Shown here one piece after another: positions 34,288 through 43,830 of a stretch of 64,000 bases of DNA. The stretch is from Oscillospiraceae bacterium (lineage in GTDB: Bacteria > Bacillota > Clostridia > Oscillospirales > Oscillospiraceae), in contig JAIKVS010000064.1 of NCBI GenBank assembly GCA_024685535.1, forward strand, positions 1,377 to 65,376, written 5' to 3'. A program made the translations under genes and the position numbers. Every line of letters starts with the position of its first letter. Within the stretch, counting starts at the first letter, position 1. The notes under the pieces were generated by a model. It was not told where the DNA came from and did not search any database. It saw only the letters and a list, made by a program, of their open reading frames with translations.

Positions 34288-34928
34288 AGAACTTGGTCAA
34301 CAATACCGAATATTACATTCCTACCAGCTCCGGGAGAGCTGTATATGAGGAGAAGCGATCCCGTTTTATCTCATATCTGGAAATGGTGGAAACTGAAGAG
34401 CAGGCAAAAGCGTTCATTGCCGACATAAAAAAGAAGAATTATGATGCCCGTCACAACTGTTGGTGCTATATAATTAAAGACGGTCCGGAGCGTTACTCCG
34501 ACGACGGAGAACCGCAGGGGACGGCAGGCATACCCATGCTTGAGGTATTCAGGCATGAGGAAATCACAAACGTAGTTTGCGTAGTGACCCGATATTTCGG
34601 GGGCGTACTTCTTGGGACCGGCGGCCTTGCGCGAGCTTATACGAAAGCAGCTAAAGATGCGCTTACTGATGCCGGGATTTCTGTTGTCCGCAGGTGGATA
34701 GAATGCAACATAAGCTGCCCATATCCTATTTATGACAGGATACGTGTTGAAGCAACTTATTGCGGCGGGATAGTTACAGAGACGAACTACGGTAAGGATA
34801 TCTCAATTACTATGCTTATACCCAAAGAAGCCTATGAATCATTCAAAAGGACTGTTTCAGACATCAGTTCCGGCAGTCTAGAGACTAAATTTTTAAATGT
34901 TGTCTATAAAGCCGCGCCCGTCAAATAA
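34284..34928 (+). CDS. yigZ: YigZ / IMPACT-family protein
   Basis: EKRSRFISYL...ARHNCWCY...DDGEPQGTAGIPML pattern. It overlaps the hflX stop by 4 nt. Confidence 0.8.
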   Translation: MKNLVNNTEYYIPTSSGRAVYEEKRSRFISYLEMVETEEQAKAFIADIKKKNYDARHNCWCYIIKDGPERYSDDGEPQGTAGIPMLEVFRHEEITNVVCVVTRYFGGVLLGTGGLARAYTKAAKDALTDAGISVVRRWIECNISCPYPIYDRIRVEATYCGGIVTETNYGKDISITMLIPKEAYESFKRTVSDISSGSLETKFLNVVYKAAPVK

Positions 34929-34947
34929 TTAGTTGTTTGGAGTTATC

Positions 34948-36645
34948 ATGACAAGGACTTTACATGTTTTCAAATTATTACTGGCTTCTATACTTTTTGT
35001 ATCATCACTATTCCATTTATCAGAAATACCGCATGCCTATGCAGAAGAACCTGCCGCTGAAGATGAGTCTGCATCAGGATATGAAGACTGGGACAGCCTT
35101 ATTGAAGCATTTCTAACGGAAAACAAATGCTATAACAACAATGCAGTTGCTATCGGTTATTATAATACCGTCACCGGCGAGGAGCATTACTACCGTGGAG
35201 ATGTCTATATGGAAACCGGAAGTCTGTATAAGGTGCCTCTGAATATGGTATATGCCGAGAGGATATACAAAGGAGAGATGGATTTTGATACAAAGATAAA
35301 CGGCACTTATTACAGTACTCTCCAACGCGGTTCTCTTACTTATTCAAACAACGGGGATGCAACCACACTTTGGAGAAATCTGGGTGGATATCATTATTTC
35401 CGCGAACTTATTGCCCCGTATATGGGCGTTGATCCGGATACTGTGGATCATATCTACTATAAAAACAGGTATTTTACAGCAGAACAGGTAATACACTGCC
35501 TGCGCATATTATATGAAGACCAGGAACGTTTCCCCGGAATAATCGACTGTTTGCTTGAGGCTGAGCCGAGCAATTATTTCAATTATCATCCTCAAGAGTA
35601 TCAGATAGCTCACAAATACGGCTACATTAAGGATGATGCCGGTTTTTCCATATGTGACTGCGGGATATGCTATACGGATGAGCCTATCCTTATTACCATG
35701 TTCACTTCGAACGTTCGGCACCCCAACCATCTCCTTGCAGACTTCTGTACATTGGCATGCAATTACGCACAGCAATCATATACAGCTCGTCAGGAAGCAA
35801 TTCCTGAAGCAATTCCTACAGAAACTGAACAAACAATTGAACCCGAGATTCCTGAACCGAGCACAACGCCGGAGCCAATACTATTTGAAGACGAGTTTCC
35901 GGATGATGCCAACACCGTTTCCGATACCCATATCTTTTCCGATAGCCGCAACGTAAAACTGTTTGTCTTAATCTCCATTCTTGCAGCAGCTGCAATAGTT
36001 GCCGTCTTCATTATGGCGTTTAAAAAGAAGCTTAACCTCTTTTGGGGGATAATGGCAGTCCTGTTTGCATATGCTGCAGCAGGGGCTTGTATCATAGGCA
36101 TGACGGACGGTACGCTTTATACCAAGACGGAAGGTAACCCGCAGGATACTGTAGTATCATATCTTGACAATTATATATCCGGCAATTATTCCATTGCCTC
36201 CGAATATTTAACTGATCACTCTGTAATCGGATTTATCTCAGACTCAGCAGATCCGAATTCGGTCAGACTGCTCGAATGTCTGAAAAACAGCTATTCCTAC
36301 CAGCTTTATGGGGACTGCCGAATTGATGGATTAGAAGCCAAACAGAGAATAGTGCTGACTTATCTGAAACTGTCTGATATAAAAAGTGATCTCTTGGCTA
36401 AAACTAATGAGACAGCTCAGAAACTGGTCGAAGAACTTCCTTCTGCAAAGATCTATGATGAAAACGGCAACTATCTTGAATCTTTTACAAATGCCGCATA
36501 TGATCAGGCACTAGATGAGGTACTTTCGGACTGTGAAAAGTATTATACAACTGTACCGATTGACCTGACTCTTTCATATTCAGATAAACAATGGCAGCTC
36601 AACATGTCTCCCGAATTGCTGTCCGCTTTATGCGGCGGAGAATAA
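34948..36645 (+). CDS. Serine hydrolase (class A beta-lactamase-like fold) with a mid-protein TM segment and a C-terminal extracellular domain
   Basis: SxxK motif in GSLYKVPLNMVYAE. Signal/TM at the N-terminus and a TM pair around residues 340-390. I place the start at ATG 34948, which follows GGAG. Confidence 0.5.
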   Translation: MTRTLHVFKLLLASILFVSSLFHLSEIPHAYAEEPAAEDESASGYEDWDSLIEAFLTENKCYNNNAVAIGYYNTVTGEEHYYRGDVYMETGSLYKVPLNMVYAERIYKGEMDFDTKINGTYYSTLQRGSLTYSNNGDATTLWRNLGGYHYFRELIAPYMGVDPDTVDHIYYKNRYFTAEQVIHCLRILYEDQERFPGIIDCLLEAEPSNYFNYHPQEYQIAHKYGYIKDDAGFSICDCGICYTDEPILITMFTSNVRHPNHLLADFCTLACNYAQQSYTARQEAIPEAIPTETEQTIEPEIPEPSTTPEPILFEDEFPDDANTVSDTHIFSDSRNVKLFVLISILAAAAIVAVFIMAFKKKLNLFWGIMAVLFAYAAAGACIIGMTDGTLYTKTEGNPQDTVVSYLDNYISGNYSIASEYLTDHSVIGFISDSADPNSVRLLECLKNSYSYQLYGDCRIDGLEAKQRIVLTYLKLSDIKSDLLAKTNETAQKLVEELPSAKIYDENGNYLESFTNAAYDQALDEVLSDCEKYYTTVPIDLTLSYSDKQWQLNMSPELLSALCGGE

Positions 36646-36670
36646 TAAGCAGGAAGGAGGGGTTTAAGAT

Positions 36671-37837
36671 ATGCCCACAGACGCTAATATGCAAAACCCT
36701 AGCCATACTGATACCCGCAAGTCAGTAACCATTCTACTGTTTATTGTTTACTCGCTGATACTGATTATTTCTACCGCATGGATACTGTTTTCGATCCACC
36801 CTGATATCCCAGAACGTAAAACAGTTCATGCCGAAACATCTGTCAACGATTTATCTCAGCATCTTGATCTCACGGCTTGCAATCTGAAAAGCGATGCTCT
36901 CTCGGACATAGTATATATCAGAAAACAATATAAGATCCCTGAAGATTCTTCGACTGCCCCTGTTCCTGATAAGTCCAGGTTCGGAGAAACTTCTGATCCA
37001 GCAGTTGTTCAAGCTGTGATCGATGATTCCTCAGAACTTCTTGAAGGTCAACATTTTGCATGGAATCAGGACAGGCATTTCTTCGCGGGGTCAAAAATCA
37101 GTTATTATTCTGATGATACTATACTTGCAGTCACTTGGAAGGAGAAAGTCGGAAACAGGGTATTGACTTTTGCAGAGGTGAAAGTCGCAGACGGTTCTCA
37201 GCTCAGACGCGCTCTTGCAGGAGATTCATACAGTTCCAGCATCCAGCTCAAAGCGTCTGATATGGCAAAAGCCGTTAATGCCGTAGTAGCTATAAACGGT
37301 GATTTCTATGCTTTCAGAAAGCTCGGCGTAGTGGTATATAAAAGGAATCTTTACAGATTTTCCCCCTCCTCGCTCGACACATGCTTTTTCACTGCGTCAG
37401 GTGATATGATATTCTCACATGCCAAAAAACTGCATTCTTCTGAAGAGACCGAAAAGTTCATTGCTGATAACGATATTATTTTTTCCACCTCTTTTGGCCC
37501 GATACTTGTTGAAAACGGTGAGATATATCACACAGAGTACTATCCAGTCGGAGAAATATCCAACATATATGCCCGATCTGCAATAGGATTAATCGATAAT
37601 CTGCACTATCTTCTGATGGTAACAAGTTCCGAAACAGCCACGTCAGGTATGCGAGCCTCAGATGCCGCAAAAATAATGCATGACAACGGTTGCTACATGG
37701 CCTATGAGCTTGACGGAGGTCAGACTGCAGTAATAGTTTTTAACGGCGTACCTGCAAACAAAATCGTATTTGGCTCTGAAAGAACTATGAGCGATATAAT
37801 TTATTTTGCTTCGGCAATTCCAAGCACGGGGGACTGA
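36671..37837 (+). CDS. Phosphodiester glycosidase (DUF2233/NAGPA-like) family protein, paralog of 10291..12066
   Basis: Shared blocks with the paralog are FAEVKVADGSQLRR, NGDFYAFR, CFFTASGDM, FGPILVENGE, YELDGGQTAV and SDIIYFASA. Confidence 0.6.
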   Translation: MPTDANMQNPSHTDTRKSVTILLFIVYSLILIISTAWILFSIHPDIPERKTVHAETSVNDLSQHLDLTACNLKSDALSDIVYIRKQYKIPEDSSTAPVPDKSRFGETSDPAVVQAVIDDSSELLEGQHFAWNQDRHFFAGSKISYYSDDTILAVTWKEKVGNRVLTFAEVKVADGSQLRRALAGDSYSSSIQLKASDMAKAVNAVVAINGDFYAFRKLGVVVYKRNLYRFSPSSLDTCFFTASGDMIFSHAKKLHSSEETEKFIADNDIIFSTSFGPILVENGEIYHTEYYPVGEISNIYARSAIGLIDNLHYLLMVTSSETATSGMRASDAAKIMHDNGCYMAYELDGGQTAVIVFNGVPANKIVFGSERTMSDIIYFASAIPSTGD

Positions 37838-37839
37838 CA

Positions 37840-38847
37840 ATGAATCCTATCGCTTTAAGTCTCGGCAATATTTCCATATATTACAGTGGCATTGTTATTG
37901 CTTTCGGCACCGCCTCGTGCCTTTGTTTGACCTGGGCACTTTTTGTTTCCCATGAAGGGCAGCGGAAAAACATATGCCTGTTTGTCCCTATCGCACTAAC
38001 CCTTTCTGTTTTTCTTTCACGAGTATTACACTGGTACTGCCACACGGAACAGTACATGAGCTTTATCAGTGCTGTGACCGATTACGGAACAGGCGATTTT
38101 GTCCTTTCCGGGGTATTTATAGGGCTGATGATAACATATGCTCTTCTTTCGATATTCTGTAATAAGGATCAGCTTTCCCTGCTGCTTGACTGTCTTGCAC
38201 TGGGTATTGATACATTCATAATCTCTGTAAGGCTGTCTTGCATCTTCAATTCAGCTTTTAGAAGCAAAATTTCAGTCAATGAGCCATCATTTCAGCATCT
38301 TCCGCTGGCAGCAGTTTTTTATAATTCATCGGGATCAGTGGAATACAGACTCGCGGCATTTTTCATAGAAGCTATACTGCTAGCTCTTCTGCTGATATTA
38401 CTACTGGTGTTTTTTTCAAAGATAAGAAATACTCCCGCCAAAAAAGGAATGAGCAACAGCGGGGGTGTCTGGCTTATGTTTATTCTTTGGTACAGCGTCA
38501 TAGAAGTCGTGATGGACAGTACCAGATATGATTCAAGTTTTGTCCCTTTCAACGGATTCGTCAGCGTGGTACAGACTTTCTGCGGTGCGATGATGCTGGC
38601 AGTACTGATATATTACAGTATTAGATCTGCTAAAGCCGACGGACTTAAGTTATATCACTGGCTCATCTGGGCAGGATGGTTCATTTCGCTAGGAGGAGCA
38701 GGGATAAGCGAGTATCTTGTTCAGAGGCATGGCGACTGGTATCTTTCCTGTTATTTCCTTATGAGCATCTGCCTTGTGATAATGGCTGTACTCACTGTAA
38801 GTATGTACAAATATCAGTGCAATATACATTCGTCTGAAGAGACATAA
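37840..38847 (+). CDS. Polytopic membrane protein of unknown function
   Basis: About 8 hydrophobic segments. It starts 2 nt after the upstream stop. The N-terminus vaguely recalls Lgt, but I could not find the Lgt signature motifs. Confidence 0.45.
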   Translation: MNPIALSLGNISIYYSGIVIAFGTASCLCLTWALFVSHEGQRKNICLFVPIALTLSVFLSRVLHWYCHTEQYMSFISAVTDYGTGDFVLSGVFIGLMITYALLSIFCNKDQLSLLLDCLALGIDTFIISVRLSCIFNSAFRSKISVNEPSFQHLPLAAVFYNSSGSVEYRLAAFFIEAILLALLLILLLVFFSKIRNTPAKKGMSNSGGVWLMFILWYSVIEVVMDSTRYDSSFVPFNGFVSVVQTFCGAMMLAVLIYYSIRSAKADGLKLYHWLIWAGWFISLGGAGISEYLVQRHGDWYLSCYFLMSICLVIMAVLTVSMYKYQCNIHSSEET

Positions 38848-38854
38848 TCATAAT

Positions 38855-38898
38855 AAGCAGCACACCGGAAGGACTGTGGTCCATCCGGTGTGCTGCTT
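38855..38898. terminator. 15-bp-stem hairpin between convergent genes
   Basis: AAGCAGCACACCGGA..TCCGGTGTGCTGCTT. Confidence 0.6.
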
Positions 38899-38911
38899 AT
38901 TATGTCATTAT

Positions 38912-40558
38912 TCAAAAATCATCCTCTGAAATACGCGATGTAGACAAATTGCCTCCGGCAACTGTATACAGCGTGATGGTGTAAGTCTGGTAATAAATAT
39001 AATTTCCACTCCTGCTGGTGCTCATATCCAGTGTGGTATCTGCGGAATAGAATCTTGTATCGCTTCCGAAAAGGTCCTTGCTCCCGTACCATTTGCTGCC
39101 AGTAGCATATTTCAATGTATACTCACCGTTCTTTATGTGCACAGTGGCACTCTTGTTAGCACGAACATATATCGAGACAAAATTATTCGGATCTGCAACA
39201 CTGACTACTTTAACAAATACAGGTGTATCTCCTGCCTTGACCTGGAGCGTACAGTATCCGCCCTTGGCTTTTGAAGTGAATATCTTCCCGTTCGCAGGTT
39301 CCGCAATGGCTTTTTTCAGCGTATTGAGTGCCTTGTTCACATCTGTCATGTCAGTGCCGGAATAACGTTCCTTGCAGTCTTTCAGCAATTTTTCTGCTGT
39401 CTCATAGCTGGATTTCTTCATGAGTGCGTTTGCCTTTGCCACATATGCTTTAACAGCATTTTTAACCACGCTTCCCTGAACATCTTCAGCTTTGCGGTCC
39501 CCTATATATTCCTCGGCAAAAGCAATGGCATCATCATACTTTTTATCATCGATAAGCTTCTTCACCTGTGATGATGCAGCTTTATCTTTAAGACCTTGAA
39601 GGGTATATTCCGCTTTGTCTATTAAATCGGCAGTCTCGACAAGTTCTCGGATATCCTCCGGAAGCTGTTCAAACTGCTCACGCACCTTCTGAACTGCTTC
39701 TTCACTCTCCTCAGTTATATTTCCAAGCGTTGCGATGATTGCATCCATTTCTTCAGCCTGAACTTTTTTCCCGAGATATCCCAGCATTTCCTCGGCTTCC
39801 GTGAGAGTTGACAGACTGGAAACCTCAGCTTTTATCTCCTCTTCCGCATGATCATATGCTGAGCGGGCTGCTTTTATACTCTCGCCGCTTTCGAGGGTCA
39901 CTTCTCCGATCTCAGCAATAAGAGCATCGATCTCTTCTGCAGCCTTCTCGACCTCAAGCCTGTGAAACGTCTTCTCTGACTTTTCAAGTTCAGGAAGCAT
40001 CTGAACAGCAGTCTGCACTTCCCGATCAGCCGCGTCGTATGCAGAGCGGGCAGCATCAATAAGCTCACCACTCTCTAAAGTAACCTCTCCAACAGACTCG
40101 ATAAGCTCATCTATCTCATCTGCGGCCTGCTGCACAAGAATAACATGGTACCTCTCTTCCGCAGCAGACAATTCTTCTGCATTTGCAACAAGAGCACGTG
40201 CATTTGCCTCCAGCGCATCATACGCAGTACGGGCTGCTTCGATCTTGTCCCCGCTCTCCACTGAAACAGTGCCTATAGCGTGGATCAGAGAATCCACCTC
40301 TCCGGCCAGGTATTTTGCCTCAGCCTGCGCAAACTGTTCATAGTATTCAAGTTCTGCTTTTTCTTCAGATGAAAGCCCTGCATATGCCTCCCGCGCTTTG
40401 GCAACAGCTTCTCCGTCTGGTGCTTCAACATTCAGTTTTTCAAACAGTCTGTCTGTTGCTGCAGCCTCTCTGCTTTTGCATCCACTCAGCAGGACACAAA
40501 AAGCAAGCATAATGCTTAGAACAAGTATAAGAGTTTTTGCTGCCAGATTACTCTTCAT
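38912..40558 (-). CDS. Lipoprotein with four to five ~60-aa helical repeats and a beta-rich C-terminal domain
   Basis: Lipobox LLSGC. The repeat (V/I)DxLIxxIGxVTLESGxxIxAARxAYDxA occurs at residues ~86-325. Confidence 0.6.
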   Translation of the reverse strand: MKSNLAAKTLILVLSIMLAFCVLLSGCKSREAAATDRLFEKLNVEAPDGEAVAKAREAYAGLSSEEKAELEYYEQFAQAEAKYLAGEVDSLIHAIGTVSVESGDKIEAARTAYDALEANARALVANAEELSAAEERYHVILVQQAADEIDELIESVGEVTLESGELIDAARSAYDAADREVQTAVQMLPELEKSEKTFHRLEVEKAAEEIDALIAEIGEVTLESGESIKAARSAYDHAEEEIKAEVSSLSTLTEAEEMLGYLGKKVQAEEMDAIIATLGNITEESEEAVQKVREQFEQLPEDIRELVETADLIDKAEYTLQGLKDKAASSQVKKLIDDKKYDDAIAFAEEYIGDRKAEDVQGSVVKNAVKAYVAKANALMKKSSYETAEKLLKDCKERYSGTDMTDVNKALNTLKKAIAEPANGKIFTSKAKGGYCTLQVKAGDTPVFVKVVSVADPNNFVSIYVRANKSATVHIKNGEYTLKYATGSKWYGSKDLFGSDTRFYSADTTLDMSTSRSGNYIYYQTYTITLYTVAGGNLSTSRISEDDF

Positions 40559-40815
40559 CTTAATCAGCTCCTCAAAAAAAATGAATCTATAATTTAAATG
40601 TATGAATATTGCGGAAAACCAAACTGAAAACTGCTGTATTGTTGCAATTTCATACTAGCATATGCTTTTTTTTAATGCAATAAAAACAGATGGCCATATA
40701 CATATCCTGCTTTGAAACAGATGCCGTGCAGATGGGATAGGTTTTTCTTGTATCCCCTAATCGCAATATGATATACTGATTCAGCCATTATCAAATAACG
40801 GAGGCATTCTAAATA

Positions 40816-41340
40816 ATGAAAAAAGTTGAAGACTATGTAAAAAGCATCCCTGATTTTCCGGAACCGGGAATCATATTCCGTGATGTAACATCCGTTGTTC
40901 AAGATCCGGATGGACTTAAGCTGGCTATAGACGGTCTTGTAGGATTTCTCGACGGACTTGACTTTGATCTGATAGCAGGCACCGAATCTCGCGGATTCAT
41001 ATTCGGTATGCCTGTTGCCTATCTGCTGAACAAGGGATTCGTCATGGTCCGCAAAAAAGGCAAGCTTCCTCGTGAGACCGTTTCCCGCAGCTATGCTCTT
41101 GAATACGGCACTGCAACTATAGAGATCCACAAGGATGCGATACAACCCGGTCAGAGAGTGGTGCTGGTGGATGATCTGATTGCAACAGGCGGCTCCGCTG
41201 AAGCGGCTTGCAAGCTGATTGAAGAGCTGGGCGGAACGGTAGTCAAAGCGGTTTTCCTTATGGAGCTTGCTGGGCTGAAAGGTCGTGAGAAGCTCAAAGG
41301 ATATGATGTTGACAGCCTTATAATCTACGATGGCAAATAA
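40816..41340 (+). CDS. apt: Adenine phosphoribosyltransferase
   Basis: FPEPGIIFRDVT and the PRPP motif VVLVDDLIATGGS. Length 174 aa. Confidence 0.92.
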   Translation: MKKVEDYVKSIPDFPEPGIIFRDVTSVVQDPDGLKLAIDGLVGFLDGLDFDLIAGTESRGFIFGMPVAYLLNKGFVMVRKKGKLPRETVSRSYALEYGTATIEIHKDAIQPGQRVVLVDDLIATGGSAEAACKLIEELGGTVVKAVFLMELAGLKGREKLKGYDVDSLIIYDGK

Positions 41341-41364
41341 AACCTGTGCTCTTGAAAACAGCTG

Positions 41365-42768
41365 ATGAAATCGGATAACAAATCATTCGGGCATACCTTC
41401 TTTACGGTCCTGGGACTGATAATACTAGCCATCATCATAACTTCATTTATTCTGTTTTTCGTATGCAGAGCTAAGATGGCAAATGCAGAACTACATCTTG
41501 ACGATATTTTGAGTTATGCCCAGTCTGAGCCCGACGGCCGAACGCAGCATCTATCGTTTTCACCCGAAGCGAAAATGACCATTACTTTGGATAAAAGCGA
41601 CATATGGTTTTTTCTTTACAGATATTATGGAGAAAAATGGCTTGATGACACCAATGAGACTCTCTCCACGCTGAATCTGAAACTTACCGGTATGGGGATG
41701 GATATAGATGAGGACGGAATCATTTTCGATGTTGAGATGTATCACAAAAAAACTCGTCTCGCATTCAGTGTCTCTTGCAAGGCTTCATGCGCCGACGATG
41801 TGATCACGGTAAGGCCGACAGATCTGATCGTATTGGGACACAGGGTATCTTTAGCAAGGTTTACTTCGACAAAGCTTGCAAAGCTTCTGCGGATCACCAA
41901 GCAAAATATGGAATTTACCTATACTCCTGAGCTCACTTTTATCAAGGGGATAAATACTATTGCTCTTGGAAACGGGACATTGAGCCTTACCGGCGAAATG
42001 GCAACGGATTACCTTGAGCAGAACGTTATATCGAGCCTCAGGATCATGATAATGAGGTTTGCCCAGAAAGAATGCTGCTATATAGCGCCGGTGCTGGAAA
42101 ACTACTGTGATGATCCTCTGGTCTGCTATTCCTCTCTTCTACCTTATCTTCAGGCAGACCCTTCTGTATTCACCATTTTCCTCGATCAGTATTTCTCGCT
42201 CAAGTCCCCCAAATTATTTGAGCTTGAGAAGAAAAACGAGGGAATCATCTACAGGTGGTTCCCAGAATTTAAGGAAGACTATACCGAGGCATCTTTCGAG
42301 GTAAGGGAAAGTTACGAACTTTCCTATAAAGTACTGAAAAGCGCAGCAGACTACACCTCAAGTGCTTTCACTGTGAAAAATATTTCCATTGCCAAGGGCA
42401 AACTGAAATACAAAAAATCTGCATTCAGCTTCAATTCATTTTACGGCGGAAACTATGGCATGTACTGTTCGATCATGGATCTTGAAAACAGCCGGCCTTG
42501 TTTGTATATCCGATCGACCGTAGGATACGGTAGCTATCCCCCTATATCAAAAATAATCGATTCGAAAAAAAGCCTTTCAACTACTGATATTGAAGCTGAA
42601 TTCGGTTACGCTCCGGGTATACTTCTCAGAGGAGCCGACAATTATCCGTATGTTCTTGCCTTCACTGGAGGAGAGGACTATGAGGCAATTGTTCTTGATG
42701 AAGCTTATTTTCACGAACTTATGGAGGCAGAAGCTTTCCCGGTAGTCGACATCAGACCGGTTCCCTGA
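41365..42768 (+). CDS. Hypothetical membrane-anchored protein
   Basis: It has a single N-terminal TM helix. I recognise no motif. Confidence 0.45.
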   Translation: MKSDNKSFGHTFFTVLGLIILAIIITSFILFFVCRAKMANAELHLDDILSYAQSEPDGRTQHLSFSPEAKMTITLDKSDIWFFLYRYYGEKWLDDTNETLSTLNLKLTGMGMDIDEDGIIFDVEMYHKKTRLAFSVSCKASCADDVITVRPTDLIVLGHRVSLARFTSTKLAKLLRITKQNMEFTYTPELTFIKGINTIALGNGTLSLTGEMATDYLEQNVISSLRIMIMRFAQKECCYIAPVLENYCDDPLVCYSSLLPYLQADPSVFTIFLDQYFSLKSPKLFELEKKNEGIIYRWFPEFKEDYTEASFEVRESYELSYKVLKSAADYTSSAFTVKNISIAKGKLKYKKSAFSFNSFYGGNYGMYCSIMDLENSRPCLYIRSTVGYGSYPPISKIIDSKKSLSTTDIEAEFGYAPGILLRGADNYPYVLAFTGGEDYEAIVLDEAYFHELMEAEAFPVVDIRPVP

Positions 42769-42840
42769 GTCTAATAAACAGATAACAAAAAACAGCATGG
42801 AGTCTACTACAACTCTCCATGCTGTTTTTATTTTGCCGGA

Positions 42841-43830
42841 TCACCGCTCTTCCCTGAAATATGCAAGGCCGAGTGATGCAGGTGGCTGATTCTCCCTCTT
42901 TTTCTTTATGCTCGAAAGGACAAGTACTATTATTGTGACCACATACGGCAGCATTTTGTATAGTTCCTTAATGGCAAAGTTGCTGCTTGGGATGAAAAGA
43001 TAAAGGATGTACAGGCCACCGAAAAGTATTGATGCCAGTATCCCCACATTCGGCCGCCAGATAGTGAATATGACCAGCGCGATAGCAAGCCAACCTCTGT
43101 CACCGAAGGCATTGTTAGACCATACTCCGTTGGCATAGTCCATAACATAGTATAGGCCGCCCAAGCCTGCCACCATGCTGCCTGTGCATGTAGCAACATA
43201 CTTATATCTATTAACATTGATACCTGCGGCATCTGCCGTAGCCGGGCTTTCTCCCACAGCGCGAAGCTGAAGTCCGCTTCTGGTCCTCTTCAGGAAATAA
43301 GAACTTACAAGAGCGATCACTATGGCAAGATAGGCAAGAAATCCATAGGAAAGGAAGATTTTCCCAAACCACCCCGAACCTGTTGAAAGACTGATAGATC
43401 TTCTGAAGAAATTACTTGTTGAAGAAAGGGCAATTGAAGGTACTGCCGCTCCGGTAAGCTTTATGAGCGAGCCACCGAAAAAGTTTCCGAAACCTACGCC
43501 GAATGTGGTGAGAGCAAGACCTGTTACGTTCTGATTCGCTCTGAGTGTAACGGTAAGAAAGCAATACAGAAGTCCCATCAGAAGTGATCCTATGAGGCAG
43601 CACATAAGCGGTATGGACACTGCCAGGAAGCCGTTCATCTGACCAGGAACTGTATTATTTTCATATAAAAACGCTCCTATCACCCCGCAGATGCCGCCAA
43701 CATACATGACGCCGGCAGTACCGAGGTTCAGGTTTCCAGATTTTTCCGTAATGGTCTCACCTGTGCACCCCAGCATAAGCGGGACACCCTGCATTACCGC
43801 TCTCGGGATAAAAGATACAAAATCGAACAT
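42841..43830 (-). CDS. ABC transporter permease (nucleoside/sugar BMP-system, NupQ/RnsD-like)
   Basis: A polytopic permease that is the last gene of the BMP operon. Its start abuts the upstream permease stop. Confidence 0.75.
   Translation of the reverse strand: MFDFVSFIPRAVMQGVPLMLGCTGETITEKSGNLNLGTAGVMYVGGICGVIGAFLYENNTVPGQMNGFLAVSIPLMCCLIGSLLMGLLYCFLTVTLRANQNVTGLALTTFGVGFGNFFGGSLIKLTGAAVPSIALSSTSNFFRRSISLSTGSGWFGKIFLSYGFLAYLAIVIALVSSYFLKRTRSGLQLRAVGESPATADAAGINVNRYKYVATCTGSMVAGLGGLYYVMDYANGVWSNNAFGDRGWLAIALVIFTIWRPNVGILASILFGGLYILYLFIPSSNFAIKELYKMLPYVVTIIVLVLSSIKKKRENQPPASLGLAYFREER

Noticed and set aside
37840-38847. Annotating the 335-aa membrane protein as prolipoprotein diacylglyceryl transferase (Lgt)
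   Set aside because: Only the first ~35 residues are reminiscent of Lgt. I could not find the conserved Lgt motifs (GRxGNFxNxE-like), so I kept it as unknown.
40672-41145. 157-aa minus-strand ORF overlapping apt
   Set aside because: It is antisense to a clear adenine phosphoribosyltransferase gene.
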